A stretch of DNA of 64,000 nt from Camelus ferus (GCF_009834535.1 NC_045697.1:92258001-92322000); one strand, 5' to 3'. Shown: positions 39,961 to 53,869, numbered from the stretch's first letter. The notes: a model not told the origin generated them from the letters alone. Program-made: numbers and translations.

Positions 39961-40170
39961 AAACACGTCTAGTAACAATTCTTAATCCCATTCAGTCGAA
40001 TGGATGGATGACAGAATTGATCATCTACAAAAAGGTAAAAGAGGAAAAGCAACAAGATTGTGTGAAATAATCACAAAATTATATATAAATCTTTGTATAA
40101 AACAATAGAAATAAAGTAATCATTATTTTGTTTAGTAGATGTAGTTATTTAAGAAGAACCATATAAGTAC

Positions 40171-40521
40171 TAACAACTTTCTTTGTGATCAAACCTTAAT
40201 CAGGCTCTTCGGAGCCCTCTACTGATGAGGACTCCACTTTGGCCTTCATCTTTGCTGGGGCTACATAGCCCAGTTCTAGCAAAAATCCTATTAAATGAGT
40301 TAAGCAGGAATCCCCCTTTCCTTGATGTCTCCTTTTAGTAACTTGCCATCCATTGGACTCTTCACTGCTCTTCAGCTATAAATCTCCAGTTATCCTTGCT
40401 GTATTTGGACATGAGTGAGCCCAGTTCTGTGGTGAGATTGCCTTTTCCCCTTTGCTTTAGTTTTTGAATAAAATTGGTTTTTACCGTTTTAACTACTATC
40501 CAACTCTGGTTTTCTTTAAAA
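40171..40521 (+). mobile_element. ERV1 solo LTR (MER31-like)
   Basis: caaaccttaatcaggctcttcggagccctc; gctataaatc TATA; AATAAA ~40467; perfect 4-bp TSD gtac at 40167-40170 and 40522-40525. Confidence 0.85.
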
Positions 40522-42624
40522 GTACACTGTGATAGTACAAGGATACTGTACATTGAAATTTGAGTCAAAATGCTAAAAGAATGGGAAGTAAAATTAGAGA
40601 AGTTTTAAAAAGTGAAATTAAAAAAAAATTTAAGTGAAAAAAGCAACATAAAAGGCAAAATAGTAGAGGAAAGCGAGAACAGTGGGGCTCAAGCTGCAAC
40701 ATCCTCCAGAAAACCTTGCCCTTATTAAGCTAATTGGCTTGTTTGCTTTCTCTCTGGCCCCTGGGTGCTTTCTGCTCTGCTCAGTAGGGTTCCCAGTTTT
40801 TCCAGGAGGGTGTGAGTGTATTACTCAGTTTTCAGTAAATACTCAGTAAAAGCTAACTTCCTAACTGTCAGTAGCTGAGCTAACTTCCACAGCAAAGCTA
40901 TAGAATTGCTAAAAAGGGCGTGTAGGCAGGAGGCCTACTGTCTCCTCCTTCCAGTCTTGGAGATCTTTTATTGGGTTTGCAGTGTGAGAGTGGCCAATCT
41001 GAATTAATAAAGGGAAGTGAGGAATGTCCCATTTTGTATTAAAAGAATTAAAAACACACATATTTCCGGGTTGCCTTTACACACTTCTGTACCATGATGT
41101 GTATTGCTTCTGTTGCAAACATAATTTTGATAATTAATAATTATGTAAATAATTATTTGTAATAAAGGATGAATGTATATCATTATCAGTTGTAAATTTT
41201 TTATTTTTTAAATTGATTGAGCGATATGTTAAACTTCATGACTTTAAAAATTTTTTGATGCACTCAAAAAATAATATCCATAGAGTTAATTTTGTAAACA
41301 GCATTGTTTTGTGAGAAATCTAATTCCTGATGTGACAGATTAAAAGATTTGCATATTACACAGTAGAACTTGACTCTTAAACATAAACTTCAGAGTGCAG
41401 AATTGATATTATACAAAAAATGTGACTTTTGAGTATGAGCATTTAAAAATGAATAGATTTTAACATTGCCTTATCTAGAATATTTTTCAAAAACCATCTA
41501 TAAGTTTTCTGTCTTCTTTGGAACTTGTAAAACATTTAACTAGAGGTAAACTGGGTAAGTTACATGCCCAAGAGTTTGTTTCATGAAGTTGGGCATTAGT
41601 ACTTCACTTTCTGTCAAAGCACATTCTTTAATCATGAATGTATTTCATTTTTATTTTTTATTTTTATTGTGGCTGAGATTAAAAAATAATTTATGATTGA
41701 AAATTTTATACAATGGATTTTTAGGTTGCCTAGCTACCTTACCTTGATATTCCAAAAATGTTATTCTATATTTGACTACTGCAAACACCATTTAGATAGA
41801 AGTCTTCTTAGAATAGAAACAGATTGTTTGACATTTGGTTGTTCTTTATTGTGATAAAAGCGATGCATGGAAAAAAGTTTAGCCTTTGAAAAAATTTTGG
41901 TATGAACTTAGAAAAAAGGTTGATTTTGTTCAAGGGTTTGACCAAGCTTAAATAAGACAAAAAAGCCAGGATTGATAATAAAAATGACAAGAGGTTATTT
42001 TCTTCATTTCACCAGTGCTCATCAAAAGATTAGTTTTCACACCAGCACTTACTGAACAAAAATTAATAGTTTCACATACTCTTTTTGCTGCAGGAAGGGA
42101 CCACAGGATCTCAGCATTTCTGAAAGTGGGGTCCTAATGGCTCTGTACTATTTGACAATAAGATAACAAATAGATTTTGGTGCAAGTTCAATTTTTGAGT
42201 ATGCCAAAGAAAATAGAGTTAACAGCTAAATAAATAAATCCTGTTCAATACTTTGGTTGAGTTTAACAAAATTTATTCAGCTGGATGAAAAGATTGCTGG
42301 GGACTTTGTAGGTAACGTTTCCAAAATGTAATTGAGAATGTCAAAACGAATCATAACAAAATGTACTACTGTGCAGATTTATGCTTTGCACCAGACAGTC
42401 CTAATGCATGGTATAGTTACACAAAAAAGCCTTCAGTGTCAGTTATGAAATTGTATGATAGAGGAAAATTAATTTTTCTATTCCTGTATGATAACACATT
42501 CTAATGGCTCTCGCTGTATGAGAGCATTTTTAATAACAATGGCCATGAATTATATGAACCATGCATGAGATTTGAGTGGAGAAAAGTAATTTTCAATATG
42601 CTAATTCTATGCTGTATTGCTTAG

Positions 42625-42900
42625 AATAGTGATCCAATAGATATATGTTAAGTCCTATATGCAATATAAAATTATCCTAGTGGCCATGTAGCAAAAAGAG
42701 GAAGAGGTGAAATTAATTCTAATAACATATTTTATTTAACCTAAAATATCCAAAACATTTTTTCAGTGTGTGATCAGTATTAAAATTGACATATTTTATA
42801 TTTTTTCTGTGCTTGTAAATCTGATGTATACTTTATGCGTACAGCACATCTCAGTTTAGACTAGCCACATTTCAAGCACTCAATGGCCTCATATAGGACA
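42625..42900. mobile_element. hAT-Charlie MITE (MER33-like)
   Basis: aggtgaaattaattctaataacatattttatttaacc...acagcacatctcagtttagactagccacatttcaagcactcaatggcc. Confidence 0.85.
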
Positions 42901-45589
42901 AGGCTTAGAAGAAATACCTATGTCACCTCTTCACTTGATTTCAGTAGTATAATTGTCTTCTTAAATTTATAGGCATTTATTAAGTAGTGATTAAAGTTAG
43001 AAATTTAATCACATAATTGGGATATTTCTCTGTAAACTTTGTTATTGATTTACCAAAATCAATATTTTCAAATGGGAATGCTTAATTTGTTTACAATATT
43101 TGAAAACTGGAAAGCAAACCCCCAAGTACCATTTTTTAATATTAATATATTCTCCTAATATTCTAATGTTATAAAAAGGTTTTCACCCCTATGCAGATTG
43201 GATTTCTCAATATTTCTTTTTTTCTTCTTCTTCTTTTTTTGAATGCAAATCAAGCACTTTAATTAAGGTAAATACTTAGTAGATTGGTGGGCTTCCACCA
43301 CAGGAAATTTTAGTTAACAGGTAAATCTTCTAGTAAATTGGCTTCTAGTTATTTCTCCAGCCATCTAGAAAAAATTTGCAGGAGAAGCCCTAGCAAAATT
43401 GAAGCTACTTTTTTGAGAATTTGCATTTCAGTATGTTGATTCACCACAGGGCTTGACCCAAAAGGGGCAAAACCTCTATCTTTAGATTTACAGTATAAGG
43501 CTTGCTCAACCACTTCACCTATGTTCACAAACCACTGATAACTTTGAACAAATCACAAAGATTGGCATTTTATATCTCTATATTATTATTTGAGCTGGAA
43601 TAGTAGGCTCTGCAGTAAGTTCATTAACTCCCACTGAGATAGAGAAATCTGGAGCGCTCCTCGGAGATGATCAAATCCATGATGTAGTCATAACATTGTA
43701 TACATTTGTAGAATGCATATCCTGTGCATTTGTTTATTAGTTATACTAAGGACAATTGGAGGACCCAGTAACTGACTTGTCCCACTGATAATTGGGGCAG
43801 TCAATATAGCATTGCTCTGACTGAATGATGTCAGCTTCTCACAATTTCTCCTGTCATTCTTACTCCTACTCATATTGTAAAAAGTAGAAGGTGGTGCCAG
43901 CACTTGTTGAACCATACATATATCCACCTCTAGCTGGCAATCTGGCCACATAGGAGCCTCTGCTGAAATATTTCTTTAATGTATGAAATGGATATACAGT
44001 TGAACTATTTCATGGGAGATTATACATATGATTGAAATTTCATAAATCCACATGTTATCTCTTCTATTTTCAGAGAATTGAAGCTCTGTAGGATCCATGT
44101 TCTCAGTATCAGTAAAAAAAAAAAAAAAAAAAAAAAATTTATTTACCTGCCCGTTCTCTGTCACAATATCTTACCTTACTAAATGACACTAATCCCATAT
44201 CTTGTCTGTCACAACTCATCATGAGATAATGAGCTGACCTTTAAATAGTTAGCCTAAACCAGAAATGCTGAATATCTGTCTGTGAGGAAAATGAATAATG
44301 GGTATGTTTAAGAGATGGGGAGTTCCTGGACAGGGACCAAGTAAATGTGGGTAGTCAAATACTCTGTTCTTGAGGACAATGACTGCCTGCTCAGACAGGC
44401 TGTGAAGTCAGGAGGGAGATAGCAAATCATGAGGATGACTAACTCAGATCACCATAAGGATCACTAATCAACTGATTTGGCTTTAAAAAGAACAAAACAA
44501 ATAAAAAACAGATAACTAGCCATCCTTGATAAAAGTTAAGGAAATGAGATAGCTGATAGCAAACACTTCATTACATATTAAAGGTTCACAGGTCAAATTT
44601 ATTAATAAGTTAATTTGATTGACAAGCATTGGTTAAATTTTTAATTAAAAGTTCAAAATCACCATAAACCCATGGTCTTTTTATTTCATATCATCATGTT
44701 CATTGTGTCCCAATAGTGCAGACAGGTCTGCTGTTAACCATTTTAGTTGACATTTTAAGTGTTCATAATAATGGAACATATTGTTTGAAATTTTAAGCAG
44801 TCTATTCTTTTAAGGTTCATTAAGCACAAACACTTCTAGTTATGGTTGTTATAATACATAGGTCAAGAATTGGTACCCTTATTTTGAAGGTGATATTTTT
44901 CTCCATTACCTATTGCCAAAGCAGAATGGAATGAAAGTTAGTATCAGCTTTTGAAAAATAAGCATGATGACTTGAAAAAGTTATAGATAATGGTCTATCT
45001 AAATAAGAAAATGTTACAGTAAAGACATAAAAATGTGTATTGAAGGAATGTAAAGATATAACTGTCCATTTCCAGTCACAAATAATTAGTAAAATAAAAA
45101 TTAAAATATACATTAATTAAAGATAATTTTATTATGAAGCAACGTTACATATTTGTTTCACAAATTTAATAGCACCTTTGATACACATTTTTAACAAATT
45201 CCATACAGCAAAACTTCCACACAGAAAAAGAATTAAAAACAACTAATAGGTATGGTGAATAGATTAATAGTATAGCTGTAAATATCAATACTAGTTTATC
45301 CATAGCATGACTTGACAAAATTGCAGCTAAGTTTTTATTTGGAGAAGAAAATCAGAGTGAGTGTTTTAACTGCCCTGTAATGTTTTAACCTTGTCTTTAT
45401 ATAATGTTCCCAATTTCACCAGGGTCCTTGGGCCCATAAGTCTTATCAGTAAAGAGGATCCAGAGGATCACAACATGAAATGACTCAGCATTGACCTAGA
45501 AGAGACATATGAAATCCTCTGGTATAGATTCTTTATTTTAGAGATAAAAGTTATTTGCTGATTTTTGCCAAAAAACATGCCTCTGGACT

Positions 45590-46030
45590 CAGAAGGTCTT
45601 CATTCACTTTTTTTCATTAGAAGAGAATTCTACATTTCCTTTGGGAATTTCACCCCTATTATATCAATGCATGTGTTTCTGGTGGCCAAAGTCTAATTCT
45701 CCTCATCTCCAGGAAAGGGAGCTATTTGGCTTAAGCTATCTTCCTGGTCAGGGTGATTTAACCAGGTGGATGTTTTAAGCACCATCAGTGAGTGGAGCTC
45801 ATGTCTCTGTTCTTTCTCCCACAAGTTCAACAGTGTTGCAACACACACACAAAAGCAAACAAACAAACCCTAGCAAACTAAAACACATGAGGCAGAGACT
45901 CAGAGGTTCCAGAAACCTGCAGTGGATACACAGTATGAGAAAAAAATTTTTTAATCTTTGCAAAATACTGAGATTTGGGGGTTGTTTGTTATTATTATCA
46001 TATATATGTTGGCTTAAGCTGCCTGACTCA
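45590..46030 (+). mobile_element. Old MaLR LTR (late MLT1 subfamily)
   Basis: cctttgggaatttcaccctattatatcaatgcatgtgtttctggtgg...actgagatttgggggttgtttgtta. Confidence 0.7.
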
Positions 46031-46044
46031 GGGAGTGAGGTAAA

Positions 46045-47552
46045 ATATGTCCAAAACTGAGCTCATCTATCTTCTCTGAAAAATCTTGTATACTTACAAT
46101 CTGGCTTGTATCAGTTTATGTTAATGCAGAGTCTGCCTGCTGACCAAAAACCTATGCATGATCTTTCAGGCCCCTTCTATAGACAATTACAAAAGCTTTA
46201 CCTGGCAGGACGTTGGGGGGAAGCTGTCCTCCCCACACCAGACGTGTAGCACAGCCTGTGGTATTGCAGTCTCCAAAGGGAGTTGCAGTCAAGGACTTAG
46301 CCTTCCCTGGTGGCCCACACTCTTACACTTATTCCTAGCCCAGGTGCCTCCGTTCACTGGGCCCTCAGCCATGGCCTTCCCCAGTGTCTCTACCAAGACC
46401 TCTTTATTGAGAGGAATGGGGTAAACCTTAAAGATATTTTTCCCCACTCTGACTCAGTATTTAACACTTTTTCATTCCTAGCCCTACCCTCACTGTTCCT
46501 GGACCCCTGGGTCCATAAAATGATAGGTGCCTTTTGTTCGGGGCTCCTTCATCAGTGAGATGATCCCCAGGTCTGTGCTGATCCACCTGACCTTCATGGG
46601 GAGCCATTCCATGGAGAAGAATGAAACCTTGGGGAAAAGCATTTTCTGCTATTTAGCCTCATGCTTATGCTGTTGTGGTGATTGAAACCTTGATGGTTAC
46701 CTTCATTTAGCTTTGCTGTCTTAACAGGCCACTCTGACACCTGGGAGCTCACTCCCTCCAACTCATTTCATCCTGTAACAGTGACAACAGTCCACAAATA
46801 TCATTGAGTTATTTTTGACTCCTTTGCTCTTTCTCATTCTCACATCCATCTCATCAGGGAATAATAATGGAATATATTCAGAAAACGATCCTGATCAGCT
46901 TCATCACTACTCCTGCTGTCCCTGTGAGCCCTGGCAATGTTATTTCTCACCTGGATTAGTATTAGTATAATTGTAGCCCTACCATTCTCCGGATTCCTAC
47001 TGTTGTCTCTTCTCAAAATAATAGAGAGATCCTGTGGAAATATGTCAGATCATGCTCTTTATATCAGAACCCTGCAGTGGCTTCTCAGTTCCCTAAGAAT
47101 AAGAGCTAACATCCTTACAGTTACTGACAAAGCACTGAATGATCTGCACCCCTGCTCCTTGTCATCTCTTTGACCTTGTCTTCTACTCCTGCTTCCCTGG
47201 CCATTACTGGTCTACTCCCAGGTAACTGCTTGTTAACTTTCTCACCTCTTTCAGGTCTTTGTACAGATGCCACTTTCTCAATAACCCCTATTCCCATTAT
47301 GTTATTTAGAATTGCATTATAGACACCCTGTTCTCCTTACATGGCTCTACTTTTTTCTGTTTTTCAGTAGTTTGTATCATTTTATGTTATGATATATTTT
47401 AGCTGTTAGTTAAATTTTTTTGTCTGTTATCTCTGACCAAGAAGGTAAACTTACATAGATTGAAAGTCTTTCTTCACTATGTTTTCTTCACTAAAAAAGT
47501 CTGAGTCCTAGAACAGATATTGGCACAGAATAAGCACTCAATAAATATTTTT
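46045..47552 (+). mobile_element. L2 3' region interrupted by an LTR
   Basis: atgtccaaaactgagctc before the LTR; tttgactcctt...tcagatcatg...aaccctgcagtggcttctc after it; terminus ggcacagaataagcactcaataaatatttttcagtgaatgaataaatga. Confidence 0.85.
46119..46780 (+). mobile_element. Solo LTR (ERVL, MER54/MER74-like) nested in L2
   Basis: TG...CA bounds; tccataaaa TATA-like; ends ccactctgacacctgggagctc...tcctgtaaca. Confidence 0.75.
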
Positions 47553-47737
47553 CAGTGAATGAATAAATGAGTTAAAATTGTATCTGTAAACAGACAAAAA
47601 AGGATGAGTCTTTATTATGCTTTGGAAGCCTCGAGTTATTGCTCCATTCTAAATACTTCATGTAGATTCAGTGTCCCCTGTGCTGGCACATGTAATACCA
47701 GTATGTGACTCCCCCAATTAAGAATCATACCATTCTC

Positions 47738-47902
47738 GAGGGGTGGGTATAGCTCAATTCGTAGAGTGCGTGCTTAGCATGCACAAGGTCCTCGGTTCAA
47801 TCTCCAGTACCTCAATTAAATAAGTAAATAAATAAACCTAATTATCTCCCCTCTTAAAAAACAAAACAAAACAAAACCAGATGAAAACAAACAAACAAAA
47901 AA
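47738..47902 (+). mobile_element. tRNA-Ala-derived SINE (camelid Vic-1-like)
   Basis: Head gggtatagctcaattcgtagagtgcgtgcttagcatgcacaaggtcctcggttcaatctccagtacctc resembles tRNA-Ala(AGC) with A and B boxes. Then a taaataaacctaatta segment and an A-rich tail. 19-bp TSD taagaatcataccattctc at 47719-47737 and 47903-47921. Confidence 0.93.
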
Positions 47903-48416
47903 TAAGAATCATACCATTCTCAAGACATTTTACATGTTCTTCTCTTTCATACCTATCCACCAGATTAAATCCTAGAAGTTCTTTGTTCCTTTTTCTGAAA
48001 ATCATACTATGTTGCAGAATAATTTGATAAACCAATAACAAACAAAGGTCTATAAGGCATAATGTATCACCTACAGTAAGTTGTGTTTAATTTTCACAGA
48101 TTCTTTCATTGTCTAACTTAAAGAATGCCTTGTGCAGCAAGTTTAATCAGGAGTTCAGGGCCGGATGGGGCACATTATGAAGAACAAAGACCTTTTAGGT
48201 CATATTTCTAGTCAGAACTCATAAGCAAGTTATACATAATAAGAGTATGGACGAAACAAATACCATGGATGATTAAGTTTTTTCTCAAATTATAGGAACT
48301 TGGTGATAGGATTACTTTTTAGTTATCTATTTCATATAACCCAATGAACAATTTAATATTAGTACATGAATGCCAGGAAAATGCAATCATGTATGTGAGA
48401 CTATTCTGTATTTTAT

Positions 48417-48915
48417 GTGCGTATATATGTAAGTATGTATGTATGTATTGAAGTACCATCAGTTACAATGTGTCAATGTCTGGTGTACAACACAATGTTC
48501 CAGTCATGATTATACATAATATATTCATTTTCATATTTTTTCATTATAGGTTATTACAACATATTGAACATAGTTCCCTGTGCTATACAGCAGAAAAAGT
48601 TTTTAAATATATTTTTATATATAGTGGCTAACATTTCTAAATCTCAAACTCCCAAATTTATCCCTTCCCACCTCTTTCCCCCAGTAACCATAAGATTGTT
48701 TACTATGTCTGTGAGTCTGTTTCTGTTTTGTAGATGAGTTCATAGTGCCCTTTTTTTTTTCTAGATTCCACATATGAATGATATCATATTGTATTTTTCT
48801 TTTTCTTTCTGGCTTACTTCACCTAGAATGATGATCTCTAGGTCCATCCATGTTGGTGCAAATGGCATTATTTTATTCTTTTTTATGGCTGAGTGGTATT
48901 CCATTGTATAAATAT
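48417..48915 (-). mobile_element. Young L1 3' UTR fragment with (TGTA)n-converted tail
   Basis: Typical L1 3' UTR (gtccatccatgttggtgcaaatggcattattttattcttttttatggctgag). Possible TSD tgtattttat at 48407-48416 and 48916-48925. Confidence 0.92.
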
Positions 48916-50369
48916 TGTATTTTATTTATAATATATATGTACATATGTGCATATATGCACATATATGTCATGAAAAATAAAAGAACATATATAATTATTA
49001 ATTAATGTAATTAGAATATATATAACAACTTAACAATAAGTACAAAAAAGTTAACTTAGCCAAATGGAAAGATGGGGAAAACTAAGATGAAGTTAACTCT
49101 GTGTTTACACTTCCTAAAAAAGGAAATCTCATTGTTTTTAATTTAATCACTTGTAGTTTAAATTAGTATATTTTAACTGCCCCTCAAAATAGTATTTTAA
49201 AATTTGACAACTTGAAAAAAAAAATGATGTGAAGACCTGTAGAATGACTTGGAAAATCAGATTGTGTCTTGTCTGTTGTATTATAATCTGTAATAAATGA
49301 AGAGATTAAAAATTCAGTCCAATATCTCTTTCAAAAGAAAGAAAAGAATTTAGTTTACCCAGACTCTTTACTTTGTCCCATAGCTAAGCATTTATACAGA
49401 TGTTAAACATTAGGCTTTCCATTATGTTGATTGATTCTAGGCATCTTAAGAATATTCCTCTCAGTATATGTCAGCACAATGGGTTTTTAAAAAGCTGTTG
49501 TTTTGAGTGATGATCATCAAAGGAAAGAATATGACATTTCTAGGAGAATTGTACCATTTCGGTAAAATGTAAGATTAGCTCCTGGTGGTGGAGAGAAATA
49601 CATAGTAATGTCAAACATATGAATCCTTATACTGAGGTCTTGAATACTTGATCATAGGGGAAAGAAGTAGATGAAGACAGATTATTTCAAGGTATTTTAT
49701 GTATTTAAGAGAAATAATGTTTCTCAGTGCTGTTGTAGTCCTCAAAACACAGCAAAGGTCACTGCGGTAGGAAATGTCTCTGCTGATTTAGATAAATGTG
49801 GCCTCATTCCAATATATTCTGTTTTTCCTTTTATCCGATTGAAAACCTACCACAGGTCTTTACTGTAGGCTGTTAGAGCGCAAATATTTCATAAACCATA
49901 ATGGGCTTATTAAGTTGGCACCAATTTTAGCCTTTAGGGCAGTTTACTTCATGATTTAAAACACTCCCCCCCCCCTTCTTTATTACAGAATACACAATAC
50001 AGATGTTCCTGTTTTGAAAAGCTAATGTTAATGATATCTCCCAATCCATGTGCTGGTGTTAGTACACAAATGTGAGGTAATAGACCATATTTCATGAATG
50101 AAAATGAGTATGGAGATGTGCTGTGGATGAGTAATTTACAGTAAAAGAGGCACTCAATAAATTGGCCTCTTAAAAACTTAATGATTCTAATGTTTAATTT
50201 ATGCCTATGCTGTCTGCTTGCCATAATAAAATAAATAAGGAAAAGTCAGACATAAAAATCATATAATGAAAAAAACTTTGAAATTTAAAAATCATTAGTT
50301 TAGGATTATTCTAAACCCGACACTGTTAGATAAGTTTAAAATATATGCAGTCTTTAATTTGGATGAGAA

Positions 50370-50510
50370 TCCTGTATGTGGGATTATTATTGTTACTATT
50401 TTTCAGAGAATGAAAATTTTTCCAAAACCTCATATCTAGTGAGTACCAAGGAAGATTCAGATCTGGATGCAATAATTTCAGAGTCTATACTTTTAACCAC
50501 TGTTCCACTA
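50370..50510 (-). mobile_element. MIR SINE
   Basis: attattgttactatttttcagagaatgaaa...cagagtctatacttttaaccact. Confidence 0.65.
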
Positions 50511-50613
50511 ATAATTTGGATAAAATGTAAATGAAGAGATAAAATTAGTAATAGAAAGTTGTAGGTAGAGGACTAAAGAAAGGATACACTGATCAATAAA
50601 ATCAAATTAAAAA

Positions 50614-50771
50614 CATAAGGAACTATATTCAATATCTTGTAGTAACTTACAGTGAAAAAGAATATGAAAACAAATATATGTATGTTTATGTATGACTGAA
50701 GCATTATGCTGTACACCAGAAATTGACACAACATTGTAAACTGACTATATTTTAATAAAAGTATATATTAA
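50614..50771 (+). mobile_element. Short young L1 3'-end insertion
   Basis: aggaactatattcaatatcttgtag...tgctgtacaccagaaattgacacaacattgtaaactgactata...aataaaa. Possible TSD aaattaaaaa at 50604-50613 and 50772-50781. Confidence 0.9.
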
Positions 50772-51089
50772 AAATTAAAAATAAAATGTACATAGTAGAG
50801 AAAATGTAAAACAAGTATTTAATGAAATATTTGAGTTTTAATAAAATATTTAATGATGTATTAATAATATTTAATTAAATATATCACAACCCTGACCAAA
50901 AGCATTACATTTTATTTAAACAAGATTATAAGAAAGGAAATAGACTGTTAAGAGAATGAAATTATGTTAAAAGAAAAATAGCAACATGAAGTGTAAACTT
51001 TAACACGCTGACCTAATTCAGGAGCAAAAAACATTGCACAGTGGTCAGGATTCCAGTTCTGCCTGGTTCCTTCATTCTCTCAGGCACAT

Positions 51090-52270
51090 ATGCATTCCTT
51101 AATATATTTTGGGCGTTTTCCATGCTGTAGGCAGTAACATAGGTGCTGGAAATTCCCAGGTACACAAACCAGACCCAGTTCCCTCCCCTCATTGAGCTTA
51201 CATTACATTATCCTTGTTGTTGAGGGAGACAGATGATGAACACATTCATAAATAAAGTGTATTCTATAAGTGCTGTGGGGAGAAGTAAAGCAGATGAGGA
51301 TGGGGGATGCGAGGAGATTGTAGTTTTAAATAAGGTGATCAGGGAGGATCTTACACATTATGTGTTACTTCAGGAAAGAACTGGAGAAACCTTTTGGATA
51401 TCTAGAAGAAAAATATTTCAATCAGAAAAGACTGGAGATGTAAGTTCCCTGAGTTTAGAGTGTGTTGAAAATCCTTCAAAGAAAGCAAAGAGGCCTAGTT
51501 AGCTTCCTGTAGCTCCTATAGCAATTCACCACAAATGTGGTGGCTTAAGACAACAGAAATTCATTTTCTCACAGTTATGGAGGCCAGAACTTTGAAATAA
51601 AGATGTTGCACCAAACTTTCTCTGATGACTCTATGGGAGATACCATTTCCTGCCTCTTCCAAATTCTGGTGGCTGCAGATGTTGCTGGGTTTGTGGCCAT
51701 ATCACTCCCATCTCTGTCTCTGTCTTCACATTGTCTTTTCTTCAGCTGTCTCTCTCAAAACTCCCTCTGCTTCTCTTTTATGAAGATATATATGATTGCA
51801 TTCATGGCCACTCAGATTATCCAGGAAAAGCAGATCCTCTACTGACCCTTAATTTAATCACTTCTTTTGTCCTCTAAGGTATAATTCACAAGTTATGTTG
51901 ATTTGAGGTGAATACCTTATGATGGTGATGGGTGGGGGGCATTTTTCAGCCCACCACAGAGACCAATTTGACTAAAAGCAGAGAGAGTAAGGAGAGAGCT
52001 GAGGGAGGGTGGGAAGGGAGCAGAGAGTATAGATAGCATAATTATATTGGCTTTAACTCTGAGTAAGATGTAGCCACTGGATGACTTTGAACAGATAACT
52101 GACATCATCTGACTTCTATTCTTAAAGTGCTGTGGTGAGAACAGATCAAGGAAGATAAGAGTGGAAGTGAGGGACCAGTTTGGAGTTCTGTTGCAGTTAT
52201 CTGGGTGACAGATGTGTGCTGGATTAGAGGGGGTTGGAAAGTGATGGAAATAATGAGAATGGTTGCATTT
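51090..52270 (-). mobile_element. L2 3' region interrupted by a MaLR LTR
   Basis: cctcattgagcttacatt...ggtgatcagggagg...ttggctttaactctgagtaagatgtagccactgg. Confidence 0.8.
51495..51958 (-). mobile_element. MaLR solo LTR (MLT1B/C-like)
   Basis: ggtggcttaagacaacagaaattcattttctcacagttatggaggccaga...ttcagcccaccaca. Possible TSD gaggc/gagac. Confidence 0.88.
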
Positions 52271-53149
52271 TAATATTATTTGCAGGAAGTTTGGAATTCT
52301 TAGGAGCTATGGCTGAGCACCATTTTGCAGGAGATCCCTGAAAGCATTGGTTCCTAGGAAAATATCTTCACCAAGGAGAACAGCAGTATCAGAGAGGCTT
52401 TGGTCTTTTCCATGGTCCCAGCAACCTAAGCTCTTACATCTAACCATGTATGTGAAGACTCTTGAACTCAAACTTGGCTAACTTCTCATTGGAGAAAGCA
52501 TGTTCCCTCTCATGTCTATAGATTGAGCTAGTAAAGGAACATTTGGCATTGAGTGAACTTAACAGATCCAGAATTCCAAGTCGTTTTTGGAAAAAAAAAA
52601 TCAGCTTGGGGAGTGGGGTTGAATAGAACCTTAGCAAAAATATGGAATATCATCAGAGCCTTTCTTTTAGCATAAAACACTGCCACAATAGGGAAATAAA
52701 TGCTGTAGAGCAAAGCTGCAAACTGATGGGGCACTTTAGTGGAATTCAGCCCACAGATTTGTTACATTTACACAACAAAATGTTTGAATTTGTTGTCAAC
52801 ATTTAAAAATTGAGCATTTTCATATAAAAATCAATGTAGAAATGTGTATTTCCAACTTGCAAAATGAAAAAACTATGTTCCTACATAACACTAAGCTGTT
52901 GGAGCCTTACAGAAGAGTCCTACTTTAGAAATCCCCACAAGTCTCTTCCCTCCCTCCTTTTCTGAGTGAAGTTACAGAGTTCTCTGCCCTCCAGGTCCAG
53001 TCTGGCTGCTTATTGAGGCCCATTGCAAAGCTGGAATCTTGGGATGCCCCTTCTTCTCCATCCTGAGAATTCTGCTCACCTTTGCTACATGCCTCATTTT
53101 TAAGATCCCAGTATGTACTATTTCCAAATTTATTTCCTCATTTGGTGGA

Positions 53150-53797
53150 GCATATTTGCAATAGTTGGAGAACCAACTGGAAAGTTTAGAGGACGCACAG
53201 TCCACCAGTTCACCACCTTCACTTCTGGCAGCAATTATAAGTTTGGAAGATTTTCAGAATCACCTTCAATTTTGATAATTTGCTAGAAGGATTCACAAAA
53301 GTCACTGAAAGCTGTTTTACTTATGGTTACAATGTATGACAGGGAAGGAAAACAAATAAAGGTCAGCCAGGGTTAGGAGCACAAAGGGGAAGACTGGGGG
53401 AGTACCAAATGCAGAACTTCCTATGGCGTTGAAAGGTATTACTTTCCAGGTATGTTGTAGGATAATATGCGTGAAGTAATGCCAAACAGGGACGCTCACC
53501 TGAGACGTGGTTCAGTTTTTATTGGGGTTTCATTACATAGGCATGATTGATGGATTGATTGCAATCCCCAGAGTGATATCATGTGACCCCAAACACTTAC
53601 CCTAAATTATTTGTCTTTCTTGTATGGCCAGTCCCCACCCCACAGTGTGGTCAGCTTCCACCCTAAATTATATTATTAAACTGTCTGGTATGATACAAAG
53701 ACCATCAGGTGAAAAACTACATTTCTACTAGGCATAAAATTCCAAGGGCAAAGGCCAGACCATCTCTTTGAGCAAGGATAAATCCTCTGCTATACAC
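53150..53797 (-). mobile_element. Solo LTR (MER21-like)
   Basis: tttgataatttgctagaaggattcacaaaagtcactgaaagctg...gggcaaaggccagacc...ctttgagcaagg. Confidence 0.85.
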
Positions 53798-53869
53798 TAT
53801 TCTATAGTAATTTCTTATGACTGGTACTTGGGAGTCAAAAAACATAGAAAATTATTAAAATGTACAATG

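Noticed and set aside
40880..41080. Promoter-like motifs (GGGCGTG, CCAAT, TTCCGG)
   Set aside because: No CpG island, motifs are scattered, and no downstream exon is evident.
44075..44165. Poly-A run as the tail of a retrocopy
   Set aside because: No TSD or upstream poly(A) signal. The flanks look like a MIR core whose A-run has expanded.
47741..47815. Functional tRNA-Ala gene
   Set aside because: Has substitutions relative to tRNA-Ala, a SINE body, an A-rich tail and a TSD, so it is a SINE head.
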